Assembly: GCF_036365525.1 (NCBI RefSeq)
Contig: NC_090377.1
Coordinates: forward strand, 104,932,907 to 104,996,906
Direction of reading: 5' to 3'
DNA from: Heterodontus francisci
Taxonomy: Eukaryota
Length of the DNA: 64,000 nucleotides
Both the position numbers and the translations under genes were made by a program. The notes beneath the pieces are model-generated. The model did no database searches. It saw only the letters and a list, made by a program, of their open reading frames with translations, and had not been told where the DNA came from. Positions 12,810 through 25,510 of the stretch are shown here, in pieces; positions within the stretch are counted from its first letter, which is position 1, and every line of letters starts with the position of its first letter.

Positions 12810-13960
12810 GAAAGGTCTGGCTGTAATGTTTAGACTATGCCCCCTAGTCCTAGATTCTGCAACTAGCATAAATAGTTTTTTCTCTATCTACCTTATCTGT
12901 TCCCCTCAATATTTTGAAAATTTCAATTAAATCATCCCTTAGCCTTCTAAATTCCTTGGAATACAACCCTAGCTCGTATAATCTCGTAATCTAATCCTTG
13001 AGGCCAGGTATCATTCTGAGAAATCTACACTGCACTCCCTCCATGGCTAATATATATCTTTTCTAAGGTGTGGTGCCAAGAACTGCTCACCCTTAGTCAC
13101 TGAGGATACTCCTCCCCTTCTACTATTTTCCTTGTCTTTTCTGTAGACCTTATAACCTGATATTCAGATATTCAGTTCCCAGTCCTGACAGTCTTGCAGC
13201 CATGTCTCAGTAATGGCAACCATGTCTTACCTTCCAATTTGAATTTGCATCTGCAGTTCATTCAGTTTGTTCCTTATGTTTTTGTATAAAGAATGTTTTT
13301 TGGGCCACACACCCTAACTTGTCCTTTAGCTGTAATGTTTCACTCACATATTTCTTATTTCTCCCTCCTGGTATAATCACTTTGCATCTTTCAGTTTATT
13401 GCCTAAAACATAATTTTTGACCTAGTCGACTCTCTTCCTTTTTGTTTGTTATTGAACTATAATTAATAGCTTTTCCACCCCTCCCCCATGCCCCCATTTA
13501 CTAGTTTAAAGTCCTTGTGACTGTCCTGTTTATCCTTACTGCTAGGATCCTGCTATTAGCCTGGTTCAGGTAGAGCCTGTCCCAATGTACAGTTTCTTCT
13601 TGTCCCAATACTAGTGCTAGTGCCCCATGAAATGGATCCCCTCTTTCCCACACCACTCCTTTACCCACTTGTTTACCTCCCTAATCTGCCTAGCCCTATG
13701 CCAATCTGCACGTGGCTCGGGTAATAATCCAGAGATTATATCTCTTAAAGTTCTGTTCTTTAATTTAGCTCCTACTTCCTCTTAACAGGATGTCTTGCCT
13801 CCTCTCCCATTTTATGGTCCTAAAATGTATCATAATGGCTGGACTCTCCCCCTTACTCTCCAATGTCCTTTCAAGCCAGTTCGAAATGTCCCTCACCCTA
13901 GCACCAGGCAAGCAACATAACATGTGGGATCTCAATCATACATTATAAAGGATGTTATCT
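12810..13960 (-). mobile_element. Decayed CR1 fragments (RT 3' part, endonuclease start, ORF1 part)
   Basis: Reverse-strand AITETWLQDCQDWELNI at about 13170-13220; CR1 RT C-terminal sequence at 12810-13090. Confidence 0.7.
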
Positions 13961-13982
13961 TTCCTCCTAATTTTTATTGCAG

Positions 13983-14944
13983 GTTATGACCGAGGCGGAA
14001 GAAATGCACTGTCAAGTCAGTCCCATCACTCCACAGGTCGCAGCATATTATTAATGTTTTACCACCTAACAGGAAAACAGCCTAATTAAACACTTTATTA
14101 ACCCCCAGAATAAAATACACCAATCCAGGTATTTTTAGACAACAACGCATTAACTATTTCTTTTAAAAAAATCTTAAACACTATTAAGGTAATTCTATGT
14201 CTAAAGACCTTATAACTTCTTATTTAACCAAAGCCTCCCCATGCACACACACATACATTCAAAAACTAACAATGATTAATTGTTTTTTTAACTAGTGTTT
14301 CTTCAGAATAAAATAAGTAGCTGGGTTGTAAGTCCTGGTAAGCTACGTTCCGGGTTGATGAGGTATCCCAGAGCAGAGCAATCAGATGCACTCAAAGTCT
14401 CAAGGCTAATTCTTCGAAACAGTCTTTAATAGATAGGCATTCAAAATATTTCAGCTGCAGCAGGCATCACAGAGTTCTTTCAACGAGAAGCACAGCAATA
14501 GGTCTACTTGGATGTTTAAATTGGCGGTCTTTTAGTAAAATTTTGCTGAGAATTCCAGCAAACACACATAGGCAATAGAGAGTGTTACTTCTGCAGCAGA
14601 CTTCTTGGAGTTTCGAAGTAAAACTAAATTTACTATCTATAAGGCAAATTGTTCTTATTCAGGGGTTTATTCCTCCTTAGGCAAACACAGTCTGAGGTCA
14701 ATGTGGATTTTCTCTGCTGAGAAATAGACAGCTTCTTTTCAGTGTACAGCATGCTTTGTTTGTCTTCAGTTCAAACTGGTTTTAGCCAGTTTTACACAGA
14801 GTTAAAAGTTACAGTACACCATGTGACTACCTCTCTCTCTCCTGCTGTGGCCTCAGAACAGCTGCAGCTAGCGCACTGTGCCCCCTTAGTTTTTAAAGGC
14901 ACACTGTTTTTACACGGAGGAGAAAAAAAAATAGTTCCATGACA
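13983..14944 (-). mobile_element. Solo LTR (ERV/Gypsy-like)
   Basis: GTTATGAC...CATGACA termini; AGGT at both ends; start similar to 21826 element (ATGCACTGTC versus GTGCACTGTC). Confidence 0.7.
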
Positions 14945-15199
14945 AGGTCCTGTAAGCTTGAGGTAGTATGTATTTAACATTTTTGTCCAGTACTTTAATG
15001 CTTAGTGCAAGTTAGTGTGTAGAAGAAACTTAAAACAAAATAAAAATTAGATATAAATAATATAGACTGAGATATGGCAGAGCAGCTTCCATGTCTGGAC
15101 TGTAGTTTGTGGACAGCAAAACTGTCCAGAGTGCACACAGCTGCAGTAGATTCACTTCTCCATGCATTAGATTCACTGTAAAAACCATCATGAACATGA

Positions 15200-15400
15200 T
15201 GGCAGGCCTTTAAATATGGCGCCAGCACTTGCTCTGGAGTTATCTGACATTGTAATCAGTGTCTCGCTTTCTGCTCCCGATGCATGATTGTGTGGCCCTG
15301 TGCCTCCGCTATGTAAAATGGCTGCCCGCCGCCTGATCACAGTCTCGCCAACGTGACAAATGAGAATGGCGCCCATTTCTGGGCTCACTAAAATCAGCCC
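15200..15400. mobile_element. Remnant of GC-rich TIR element
   Basis: CpG-rich patch ending in TAAAATCAGCCC, like TIRs at 25510 and 47944. Confidence 0.45.
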
Positions 15401-17569
15401 ACTGTGTGCATTAGCAGGTACTTTTGTACAGTTTTTTGAATCACATTCAAATTACAACTGCTGACTCAGCTTCCTGCTCAGTTCTGTTCAGGCAATCGCT
15501 TACAGCTGATCGACAGCTAACTGCCACTGACAGGTAGTTACTGTTAGGCGTGAACTAAATTACAGTTTCTTTTACAGTTTTTAAATTTAAATACAAAAAG
15601 TTAAACTAAAAACTAAAATATTAGACGAAATCCCAGTTAGACACTACTCATTCTGTACTGCTTACCAGAGAGTTCCACTTGCACTAAATTCCCAACTTTT
15701 GTACTCTGTTTTGTGATCGCTGTGCAAAAAAAATTGTATTTCAATGGGTTAATTTATCAAAAGAATATATTCAAGAAAAGATGTGCTCTGTCGTTCCTTT
15801 TTTCAAACAGATAATCAACCACTTTTGGCATTAAAAATTTCAGAAATGATTGCTTTAGATCTATAAAGATAACATTTTTTTTGCTAATGGAAGTGAAGTA
15901 TCATAAACAAAAAAACAAAACTGAAATGTGAATCCCTGTGTATTTATCTTAGAACTAGGCAATAAGAGATTTCTTGAACTTCTATCAAACCCATATGAGA
16001 GTTAGAGCACAATGCTGAGCAAGATCAATTATCTAAACCGTCAGAGTTTTATCCAATTAACCTGTTGACCACTCATGGCATCATTGGGCTGATTTTTCCA
16101 TGCACAGGCTATGAAAGAAGATTGCTATATTTCTTATCAAAATAGACTCAATCAGGTATGTTGGCAATATTACAATCAGTCGCTTTCTCCCTGTTGTTTT
16201 TGATGGTCCTTGGGAGGTTCATTCATGGCTGTTGTACTTTTCCTTCCTCCCCCTTTTATCTGGCTGTAGAAACTCCCTGGAGTTCATCCTGGAAACAAAC
16301 GAGAGAAATTACTGAATGTAATGGCTTCCTGTGCAATAAACACTTGCTTCTTTTTTAGAATTCCTGAAGTTGTATGGTGTTCCTGGTGTTTTGGTAACAT
16401 TTGGCTGGACATAGTCTTCAGGCAACAGTAAGCGCTGCTGCTGTCTTGTAAAAATAAAAATGGTCAAAGGCCAGTCCATCATTCAGTCCTAAAATCTTTT
16501 AAAAAATTATTCACTGAAGTTGGATTTTATGGCCCAATTTTACCAAAAAGTTAACTTCAATATCTGTGCCTCATTATGTTAGCATATTTATTGTTCAGTG
16601 TCGCTGTACATGTAAGTATTATACAATTTATAGTGAATCTGATCTGCTAAGTTTGGATAAATATTCTACTTTGTGGTTCGACGACAGTGGTAACTTTTAA
16701 TTATGATTGTGTTTGCAGTAAACAGCCCCTCAGCTCAACTGGTCAAATCCCATGTTTCACCTTAATGTTCTATCTCACCCAAGAGTTGGTTTTCATGTGG
16801 CTTTGTGTGTTGGCAAATTATTCCATTATGAGGTGGGGGAAACTTCATGGCTGAGCCCATTTCTGTCTTTGCCAAATCCGCACCTCCACACTTTCCAGAG
16901 GGGGGTTCACAGGAACATTGTTTGACTTCATTTTAAACCATCCCTAGTCTGTCGGGGAGCTGAGGTTATTTGAAGTACCCCTACTGCTGATGCAGCTCTG
17001 ATCAACTATGCCTGCAAAGACTGGGAGTGAACTGGATTTGGAGGGAGCAATGCTACACAAGGTGGTATCTTTAGCTACAAAACCATTGTTTGCTCAGATT
17101 TTGTAATTTCTTCAGTGACCTGTTTTTGAATTGGGTATGTAGTGGCATCTCCATAATGCCATCTTTGGAAGCCTTAAGAAAAGCACATTGCAGCGAGTAA
17201 TATGTTCTAAAGAGATTTTTTCTGTCAACTTTATGTTAATGATGGAGCTATAAACTAAGTCTGTTGTGCCAGAGTATGTGTGATGGTGCTATGTTTATAG
17301 AGATGCGTTAGCACCTCAATACTATGGATGCCCATTTGCATGCATTGAAAGTGCTCATTTTTGACAGTTGATATAAAAATACATCATTTAAAATTATCCT
17401 TTATATTGTATGAGCCATCAGTATGACACTTCAGGAGCAAAACTAGCTTGTAAAATTAACATAAAATGTTCAAATTATATTGTTCTCGGGATGCTTAATC
17501 ATTCATAAATTTTGAAAAGCAATACAGAGAAAAGATGGCAAGATTTACTACAAGATGGCAAGATTGGCT

Positions 17570-17905
17570 ACTGCCAAGGCTCCTTCAACAGCACCTTCCA
17601 AACCTGCAACCTCTACCATCTAGAAGGACAAGGGCAGCAGATACATGGGAACACCATCACCTGCAAGTTCCCCTCCAAGCCACACACCATCCTGACTTGG
17701 AAATATATCGCCGTTCCTTCACTGTTGCTGGGTCAAAATCCTGGAACTCCCTTCCTGACAGCACTGCTGGTGTGCCTACACCCCAAGGACTGCAGTAGTT
17801 CAAGAAGGCAGCTCACCACCACCTTCTCAAGGACAATTAGGGATGGGCAATAAATGCTGGCCTAGCCAACGATGCCCACATCCCATGAATGAATTTAAAA
17901 AAAAA
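17570..17905 (+). mobile_element. 5'-truncated 3' end of the tRNA-headed LINE family
   Basis: Highly similar to 9822-10150 (PRLLQQHLPNLQPLP...SWNSLP). Confidence 0.9.
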
Positions 17906-18037
17906 TTTAATTGAGTATTTTTTTTGTGCCTGTGAATTATGAGCATTGTTAATCTCTCAAATATTTTAAGGCTCTTAACTAGTGCAACCACCAAAAAAAG
18001 TGATGCTTGAGGCACAGGATACCCTTTCACCATTCTA

Positions 18038-18500
18038 GGAACATAGGACTTAGGAGCAGAGGTAGGCCATTTGGCTCTTCGAGTCTGCTCTGCCATTCGA
18101 TAAGATCATGGCTGATCTGGTTGTGGTCTCAACTCCTCTTTCCTGTCTGCCCCCCATAACACTTGACTCCCTTGTCTATCAAAAATCTATCAAATTCAAT
18201 GACCGCCCCCCGCAAACTCTACTGCTTTCTGGGGAAGAGAATTCCACAGACTAACGACCCTTTGAGAGAAAAATAATTCTCATCTCCGTCCTAAAAGGGA
18301 GACCTCTTATTCTTAAACAGTGTCCCCTAGTTCCAGTCTCTCCCACAAGAGGAAACATCCACTCTATCAGGTCCCCCCAGATTTTATATGTTTCAATAAG
18401 ATCACCTCTCGTTTTCTGAACTCGAATGTGTATAGGCCCAACCTGTTCAATCTTTCTTCATAAGATAAGCCCTTCATCCCCAGAATTAGTCGAGTAAACT
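18038..18500 (-). mobile_element. CR1 3' end
   Basis: GLSYEERLNRLGLYTFEFR on minus strand, CR1 3' UTR. Confidence 0.85.
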
Positions 18501-20179
18501 CGGCACTTGGTAAGGAGGTGCCCTTGGCGCTGCGCAAGTGGCAGGGAGAATGTGCATGGCTTGGGCATTGACTGGGGTTGTCACCCCCTCCTTCCACCAT
18601 GGGAGCAGAAGAGTAGGGGGCAAGGCTGCCAATCACAATAGGATGGCTATCTGTCCAAAAGGAAGGCTGCAGCTGGCACTGGGGGCATGACTGCCAGATT
18701 TTGGGCCCTGTGTCGATGAGGGGCAACACCCTCCGCAGGAGGGGTGGAACTCGGGCATCAGGAGGGCAAGGGAGAGGGAAGAGGGGCAGGAAGGCAACAG
18801 AGGCTATTACTTCAACACAGGATCTACTTCTGACGATGGAGCTACCTGGAGATGATGTAGACCTAGTGCTGCAGGAGACTGCGCCTCACCAGGCAGATGG
18901 TCACAGAGATCTGCACCTCATCACTGAACACCTCACAGCACCGGTTGCCGTGCCCTGCTAGTGGCTATCATAGTCACTGTGGCCTTGAGCTTCAGCTGGG
19001 GACCTTAATGACATCTTGCAAACCGCTGCCACTACTGCATCTAACTGGTCACTGATGCCCTCTTTGCCAGAGCTGGATAGTACATTTATTTCACAACAGA
19101 CACGGCCTCGCAGGGACAGAAGGCATTGGGTTTTGTCACCATCACTGGACTCTCCGAGGTGCAGGCCATCATCAATTGCACCCAAGTGACCATCAAGGCA
19201 CCCATTTGGTAGGCCAGTGAAATTCATCAACGGGAAGGGCATCCACTCCCTCAATGTCCAACTGGTCTGCGACCACAACACGAGCTTCCTCCACGTGTGC
19301 ACTCGTTTTCTTAGCAATTGCCATGACTCCTTCATCCTCTGCCAGTCTGTGCTGCCTCAGATCTTCACTCCATCCCCAAAGTACGTGGATGGATCCTCAT
19401 GGACAAGGGATGTCACTTTAAGACATGGCTGCTAACCACTCTACGGGAGACCCAGGTAGAGGCACAGAGGCGATACAACCAATGCCACCTGTTCAGTAGG
19501 CCAACCATTGAGCAGGCCATCCAGCTTCTGAAGATGCGATTCTGGTGCCTGGACCAGTCGGGTGGTGCCTCCAGTACCCTCCTGCAAGGGTCTCTGACAT
19601 TGTTGTGGTCTGTTGTATTCTCCATAACATGGCCCTCCAGAGAGGTATGGACCTTGAGGACGGTGAAGCCCTAGAAGATGACACTTCCTGCTCATACCTG
19701 ATGAGAGAGAGGAGGAGGAATTGGAGGTTGAGGGAGATGACACTGAAGAAGTGCTGCTGTTGAATGCCAACGTAGCCTCTGGCCTGCCACCCTTCGGAAG
19801 AGGGCTTCTATCCTTCATGGCCTTGAGCATTAGATCCAAGTTGGCATTGATGAAGTGAGGGGTTGCCCTGCCCTGTGTGCCAGGCTTGGGCTCCCCTGCG
19901 ACATCTCCCTTCCCTCTAGTGCAGTGGCAGGTTTTGGCACGAACCACATATCTCTCCCTCAGGACAACCAGCAGCCTCAATGATGGGGAGTCTTAAATCA
20001 TTCCCAAACTTCATCTGACCCACCACAGGCTCTAATTGGATAGGAAACTGTCTCCATATGAACTAAGGGCTCATTCTCGTGAAAATCTTAGCTTTAATCA
20101 GATTCCCACGCGAGGAAGGTTTCTGACCAGAAAAGAAACCTGCCTCCTATTTCCTGCCTGCGTGGTGAGAATTCTGCCC
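18500..20179 (+). mobile_element. PIF/Harbinger-type DNA transposon remnant
   Basis: Contains transposase remnant; ends in GAGAATTCTGCCC resembling TIR at 51408; left end not found. Confidence 0.7.
18800..19760 (+). pseudogene. Decayed HARBI1-like DDE transposase
   Basis: FINGKGIHSLNVQLVCDH, CHDSFIL, DKG, RRYN, TIEQAIQLLKMRF.CLD, CCILHN motifs across several frames. Confidence 0.85.
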
Positions 20180-20224
20180 CCGATCCATTTGAGAAGGCTT
20201 TATCATTTGGCAAATGTAGAGTGC

Positions 20225-21490
20225 CCACCAAAGCTACTAAGTATCATCACCTCATTCCATGACAATATGAAAGGCACAATTCAGCATAGCGGCGCCTCGT
20301 CAGACCCCTTTCCTATCCTGGATGGCGTGAAACAGGGCTGTGTTCTCGCACCTACACTGTTTGGGATCTTCTTCTCCCTGCTGCTCTCACATGCGTTCAA
20401 GTCTTCAGAAGAAGGAATTTTCCTCCACACGAGATCAGATGGCAGGTTGTTCAACCTTGCCCGTCTAAGAGCGAAGACCAAAGTTCAGAAAGTCCTCATC
20501 AGGGAACTCCTCTTTGCTGACAATGCTGCATTAACATCTCACACTGAAGAGTGTCTGCAGAGTCTCATCGACAGGTTTGTGGCAGCCTGCAACGAATTTG
20601 GCCTAACCATCAGCCTCAAGAAAATGAACATCATGGGATAGGACGTCAGAAATGCTCCATCCATAAATATCGGCGGCCACACTCTGGAAGTGGTTCAAGA
20701 GTTCACCTAACTAGGCTCAACTATCACCAGTAACCTGTCTCTCGATGCAGAATTCAACAAGCGCATGGGAAAGGCTTCCTCTGCTATGTCCAGACTGGCC
20801 AAGAGAGTGTGGGAAAATGGCACACTGACACAGAACACAAAAGTCCAAGTGTATCAAGCCTGTGTCCTCAGTACCTTGCTCTATGGCAGCGAGGCCTGGA
20901 CAACGTACGTCAGCCAAGAGCGACGTCTCAATTCGTTCCATCTTCGCTGCCTCCGGAGAATCCTTGGCATCAGGTGGCAGGACCGTATCACCAACACAGA
21001 AGTCCTCGAGGCGGCCAACATCCCCAGCATATACACCCTACTAAGCCAGCGGCGCCTGAGATGGCTTGGCCATGTGAGCCGCATGGAAGATGGCAGGATC
21101 CCCAAAGACACATTGTACAGCGAGCTCGTCACTGGTATCAGACCCACCAGCCATCCTTGTCTCCGCTTTAAAGATGTCTGCAAACATGACATGAAGTCCT
21201 GTGACATTGATCACAAGTCGTGGGAGTCAGTTGCCAGCGATCGCCAGAGCTGGCGGGCAACCATAAAGGCAGGGCTAAAGCGTGGCGAGTCGAAGAGACT
21301 TAACAGTTGGCAGGAAAAAAGACAGAAGCACAAGGAGAGAGCCAACTGTGTAACAGCCCCGACAACCAATTTTATCTGCAGCACCTGTGGAAGAGTCTGT
21401 CACTCTAGAATTGGCCTTTATAGCCACTCCAGGCGCTGCTTCACAAACCACTGACCACCTCCAGACTCTCTCGAGTCAAGGAGGCCAAAG
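20225..21490 (+). mobile_element. 5'-truncated RTE-clade LINE with 12-bp TSD
   Basis: GVKQGCVLAPTLF, LLFAD, LLYGSEAW, RLRWLGHV, C-terminal CxxC..H finger; same frame with two stops (20639, 20708); AATGTAGAGTGC at 20213-20224 and 21491-21502. Confidence 0.92.
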
Positions 21491-21825
21491 AATGTAGAGT
21501 GCTTGATTTTTGTTTTGATTTCAATCAGAAGTTTCACTATCCTGGTTATCCTTTGAAACTTAACTAACTACGTTAATTATTTTAAAAATAACAGCTCTTA
21601 CACTATCTAATTTCTAACTTCTCCCTTTATGTTCTTTAATCAAGGTTATCAGTACTCTTTAATGTCAGGTCTGTTATGGTTGTAGAGGAAATGTATTTGA
21701 ATGACTGGGAACGTGATGTTAGATCCAGGCCTTGCCCCAAAATGTGCAGATGATCTTGTGGTGGAGCATACAACCAAGCAAAAAAAAACATTGTAGCATG
21801 GCATGGGGGGTGTGGCTGGGGATAG

Positions 21826-22657
21826 TGTTAAGAACAAGGCTGGAGGAGTGCACTGTCTTTGTCTAGTTCCACTTCTCCACAACATATATTTAAATGTGCA
21901 CCCAGTTACCGATGCAGCCAGTTATATCCTTACTATTTTAGTTTCAGAATAAAATCCACCAACCAGGTTTCCTTAATAAGCAACAAAAGTATTAGTTTAG
22001 TTAAAACAAGACTTAGTCAATAATGATGCAGAGCTTTAACAACAGTTTGAAATATGACAGTAAACATTCCCTTCTAAATCCCCAACACACGCACACACAC
22101 TGGTTAAAGGAAAAATAAAGATGCTTTGGCCAAAGTACTTGTTAATTCTTGAAGAAAAAGGGTAAAATATGTTATGTTCCAGATGACATACAGTTTGGCA
22201 TCCGAGTAAACGTAGACGGGTCACTGGGATCTTTTCAGAAGCAGTTTCAGGATATGGCGAGAGGAAGCTTCTCAGGAGATGTGCCATTTCGGTTTCTCTA
22301 TTTCTTACATTTGAGTGTCAGGGTTTCTCAAAGAGGTGAAGAAAAGAGGAACTGGTCTTGTCTCTTAGCAGGCTGACTTCCGAACTCAACTGACTCACAA
22401 CAGTATTCAAAAATGAAACCCACTCTTGAGCACCATAAATCTTGACATGTCACTTCTCTTGTAATCAACCCCCATAGTCAGAAGGCACCTGTTGTTTACT
22501 TAGCTGAAGACATGTGACATCCAGTAAATGTTTTTAAACAGAGTCGTTTAAAAAAAACACATCCAAGGAATCCCTTCAGTCTCAAATGAATCCATCTCCA
22601 CAATTCTAAAACATAAGTCCTCAAAAAATATTTTAAAATGGAAGCACTTTCATAACA
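21826..22657 (-). mobile_element. Solo LTR (ERV/Gypsy-like)
   Basis: TGTTAAGA...TCATAACA inverted termini; resembles 13983 and 42778 elements; TSD degenerate. Confidence 0.7.
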
Positions 22658-22914
22658 GGTGGTGGTGGAGCTCCCTCTGTTGGGGGAGGCCATGGTATTG
22701 GCATCTCTGTTCCATCTCCCTTTCGAGATTGGTGTGTCAAATTAGATCCATATGTTATCAGTATGATGATTTTATACTTGATATTACTGTCAGATTGTGC
22801 TAGAGGTTCAATAATTTCAACATTGCTGTCAGCAAGTTGCAGTGTTAAACAGCACAGGAGTAGGCTATTCGGCACATTGTGTCCGCGCCGATCATCAAGC
22901 ATAAATTTTTCTTA

Positions 22915-23247
22915 GGGTGGCACAGTGGCGCAGTGGTTAGCACCGCAATGTCTCAGCCCCAGTGACCCGGGTTCAGTTCTGGGTACTGCCTGTGCGGAGT
23001 TTGCAAGTTCTCCCTGTGACCGCATGGGTTTCCGCCGGGTGCTCCAGTTTCTTTCCACAGCCAAAGACTTGCAGGTTGATAGGTAAATTGGCCATTGTAA
23101 ATTGCCCCTAGTGTAGGTAGGTGGTAGGAGAATGGTGGGGATGTGGTACGGAATATAGGATTAGTATAAATGGGTGGTTGTTGGTCGGCACAGACTTGGT
23201 GGGCCGAAGAGCCTGTTTCAGTGCTGTATCTCTCTATGACTCTATAA
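22915..23247 (+). mobile_element. HE1-type V-SINE
   Basis: Same head, V domain and tail as 12396. Confidence 0.9.
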
Positions 23248-24282
23248 CAATGGAGACGTGCTGAATGAGATGTTTCTGTTCCCTATGCCTTCATAGGGAT
23301 TGGGATGTGACCAACAGAGGTCAGACCAGGTGTACATCTTCAAGCGCTGGCTGTGTGGTACTAAAATGAGGGCCCAAGCTAGGATCATGGCTGGAATCCC
23401 TGAATATTTGGCAGTAAGCTTTACTTTAATAATTTCCAAAGCAGCCCGTTTGCAGTAGGCACCGCAGAGATACCAATGAGGGCAACCCACAACTGCCCCT
23501 ACCTTCATCTAGAAATCTGTGAACCGATCTTCTGGCCTGTGCCAGTGGAAGGTGACCCAGGTGCGGCTCTGATGCACCACTGGTTATGTTGACAGCTGCC
23601 ATGGCCATGATAATTCAGGGAATTGTCTCTGACCTCCCGCACTTTGATAGGGCCAACTGCAGATACCGCAGATGAATGTATCCCAGCACTTGAGCTGGAA
23701 TGTTCTCTTCACTCCGAAAGCCCCTTGCAAATTTTATGCACCTACATTACTCAGTAAACAAAACCAAGTAATTTGAGATTAGTTTTGCTACAATCCTGAT
23801 CATTAATTAAAGCAAAATCTTTGCAGTGTTGAATTTTAATTGCCGTTTGCGAAGCAGAAGTGAACTGGGGATGAAAGGGAGACCAAGGGCTAATTGCTGT
23901 TGGTTCAAATGCAATGGCTTCTGTAAATTTCCTTTTGTAATCTACTGCGAAAAATTAGACGTTAAAAATTATATAATATGAACCTCTTTAAAACACTTTC
24001 AAATGCCTGCCTGTATTTCTTCCAACCAATAACTCCTCGCCAAAGCTTTCACAGCAGTCAAGCTTTGCCTCATTGTAAATTATTTAATCTGGGGCTTGGT
24101 GTAAAATTAGTTTTCAGGAGAACCATCTCTATAAAATAATGTAGCCAGTTGCAGTAAATCTTAGGATTTTGTTCTTAGTTGGCGAGGGATTTTGTAATTT
24201 ATACAGCACAACCTTCAGGATATTTCTGTAAAAGAGACATGAATAAAGATTTTCCCTTGATTGAAGAAGGATTTATTGTAGG

Positions 24283-24610
24283 CATCAGCCTTGGCTGAGT
24301 GGTGGCAATTTTGCCTCTGAGTTAGAAGGTTGTGGACTCGAGTCCAACTCCAGAAACTTGAATGTATAACCTAGACGGCATTTCTGTGCAGTACTGAGGG
24401 ACTGCTGTACTGTCGGAGGTGTTGTCTTTTGGATGAGATATTAAACAAATGTTTCCCATCTGAGGTGGGTGTAAAAGATCTCATGATTCTATTCAGAGAT
24501 GAGCAAGTGAGTTCTTCAGTTCCCTCAATAAATATCCAAAACATTTAAGCTGGGCATTTATTTAATTGCTTTTTGTGGGACCTTGCTGTATGCAAATTTG
24601 ATGCCTTAAA
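24283..24610 (+). mobile_element. Deu-domain SINE (SacSINE1-like)
   Basis: tRNA head, GTACTGAGGGA, GTAAAAGATCTCATG..GAGCAAGTGAGTTCT; matches 32385 copy in reverse. Confidence 0.75.
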
Positions 24611-24758
24611 TATATGAAGAGTTCTATCATGAACTTACTCCCCACACTGCTCATCAATCCCTTATTTAAGGAACACAGTTTTCCTTCTCTCGCCAAAAAA
24701 GCAGTTTTGTTAATTATCTCTGTAAATTCTTCTCAGTGCCAGCTAACTGAAACATATT

Positions 24759-25510
24759 GGGCTAAATTTTTACAGCTCGCCACCGATGGCATGGCACAAG
24801 CGCAAGATGTGTGCTGTTGAGCCACTGCGGTATTTAGCGTGGCGGCTCATTTACAAGGAGGGGGCGGAACACCCGCCCCAATGACATAGAAGGGGTGGGT
24901 GCTCCGTCCATGGCAACAGTGTCTGGCGCCATTTTTAAAGGGCTTCAAGGCCTTCAGTTAGATTTAAATTTTTAAAGGTCCCAGGTTCCAAAAAATAAAG
25001 TTAAACTTTTAATAGCACTTTGAATCGCCTCTCCCACCCCCCCAATGAGTTATCAATGTATAAGTTGCCCTCTTGCCCCCCAAAAAAACTTTTTTCCGAT
25101 CTCAAACTGTCCCCCCACCCCCCCGAACTTTACTAACTTTGACCCTGAACCCCTTCCCACCATCCCTGCAACCAACAGGAAGAGTTTAACCCGCTTCTCC
25201 CCACCCTGAAAACTTCTGTCCTCCCCCCTCCGCAGGCACAGGAGTTCCAGCAGCAGGCCAGAATATTGGCATGAGGTGGCCATCGGGATGAGGTAAGTGA
25301 TTATGCAGTAATTAGCATTAGTTTACATATTTAAATTAAGGTTCCATCGCCGAGCAGCGGGGGGTCACCACGAGGCCAAGCAGCCACTGGAAATATGGGG
25401 CGGGGCCTTCCCGGCATCGAGGCTGGTGGGCCTCTCTCAGAGATATTTTCCGGGCCCCTCCCACCCCCGCCACGGCCCCTGACGTCGGGGGGCTGATAAA
25501 AATCCAGCCC
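24759..25510. mobile_element. GC-rich non-autonomous TIR element (PIF/Harbinger-group MITE)
   Basis: TIR GGGCTAAATTTTA / TAAAATCCAGCCC; ATT on both flanks. Confidence 0.8.

Noticed and set aside
18800-19760. Host HARBI1 gene
   Set aside because: Multiple frameshifts and stops plus an adjacent TIR indicate a dead transposon copy.
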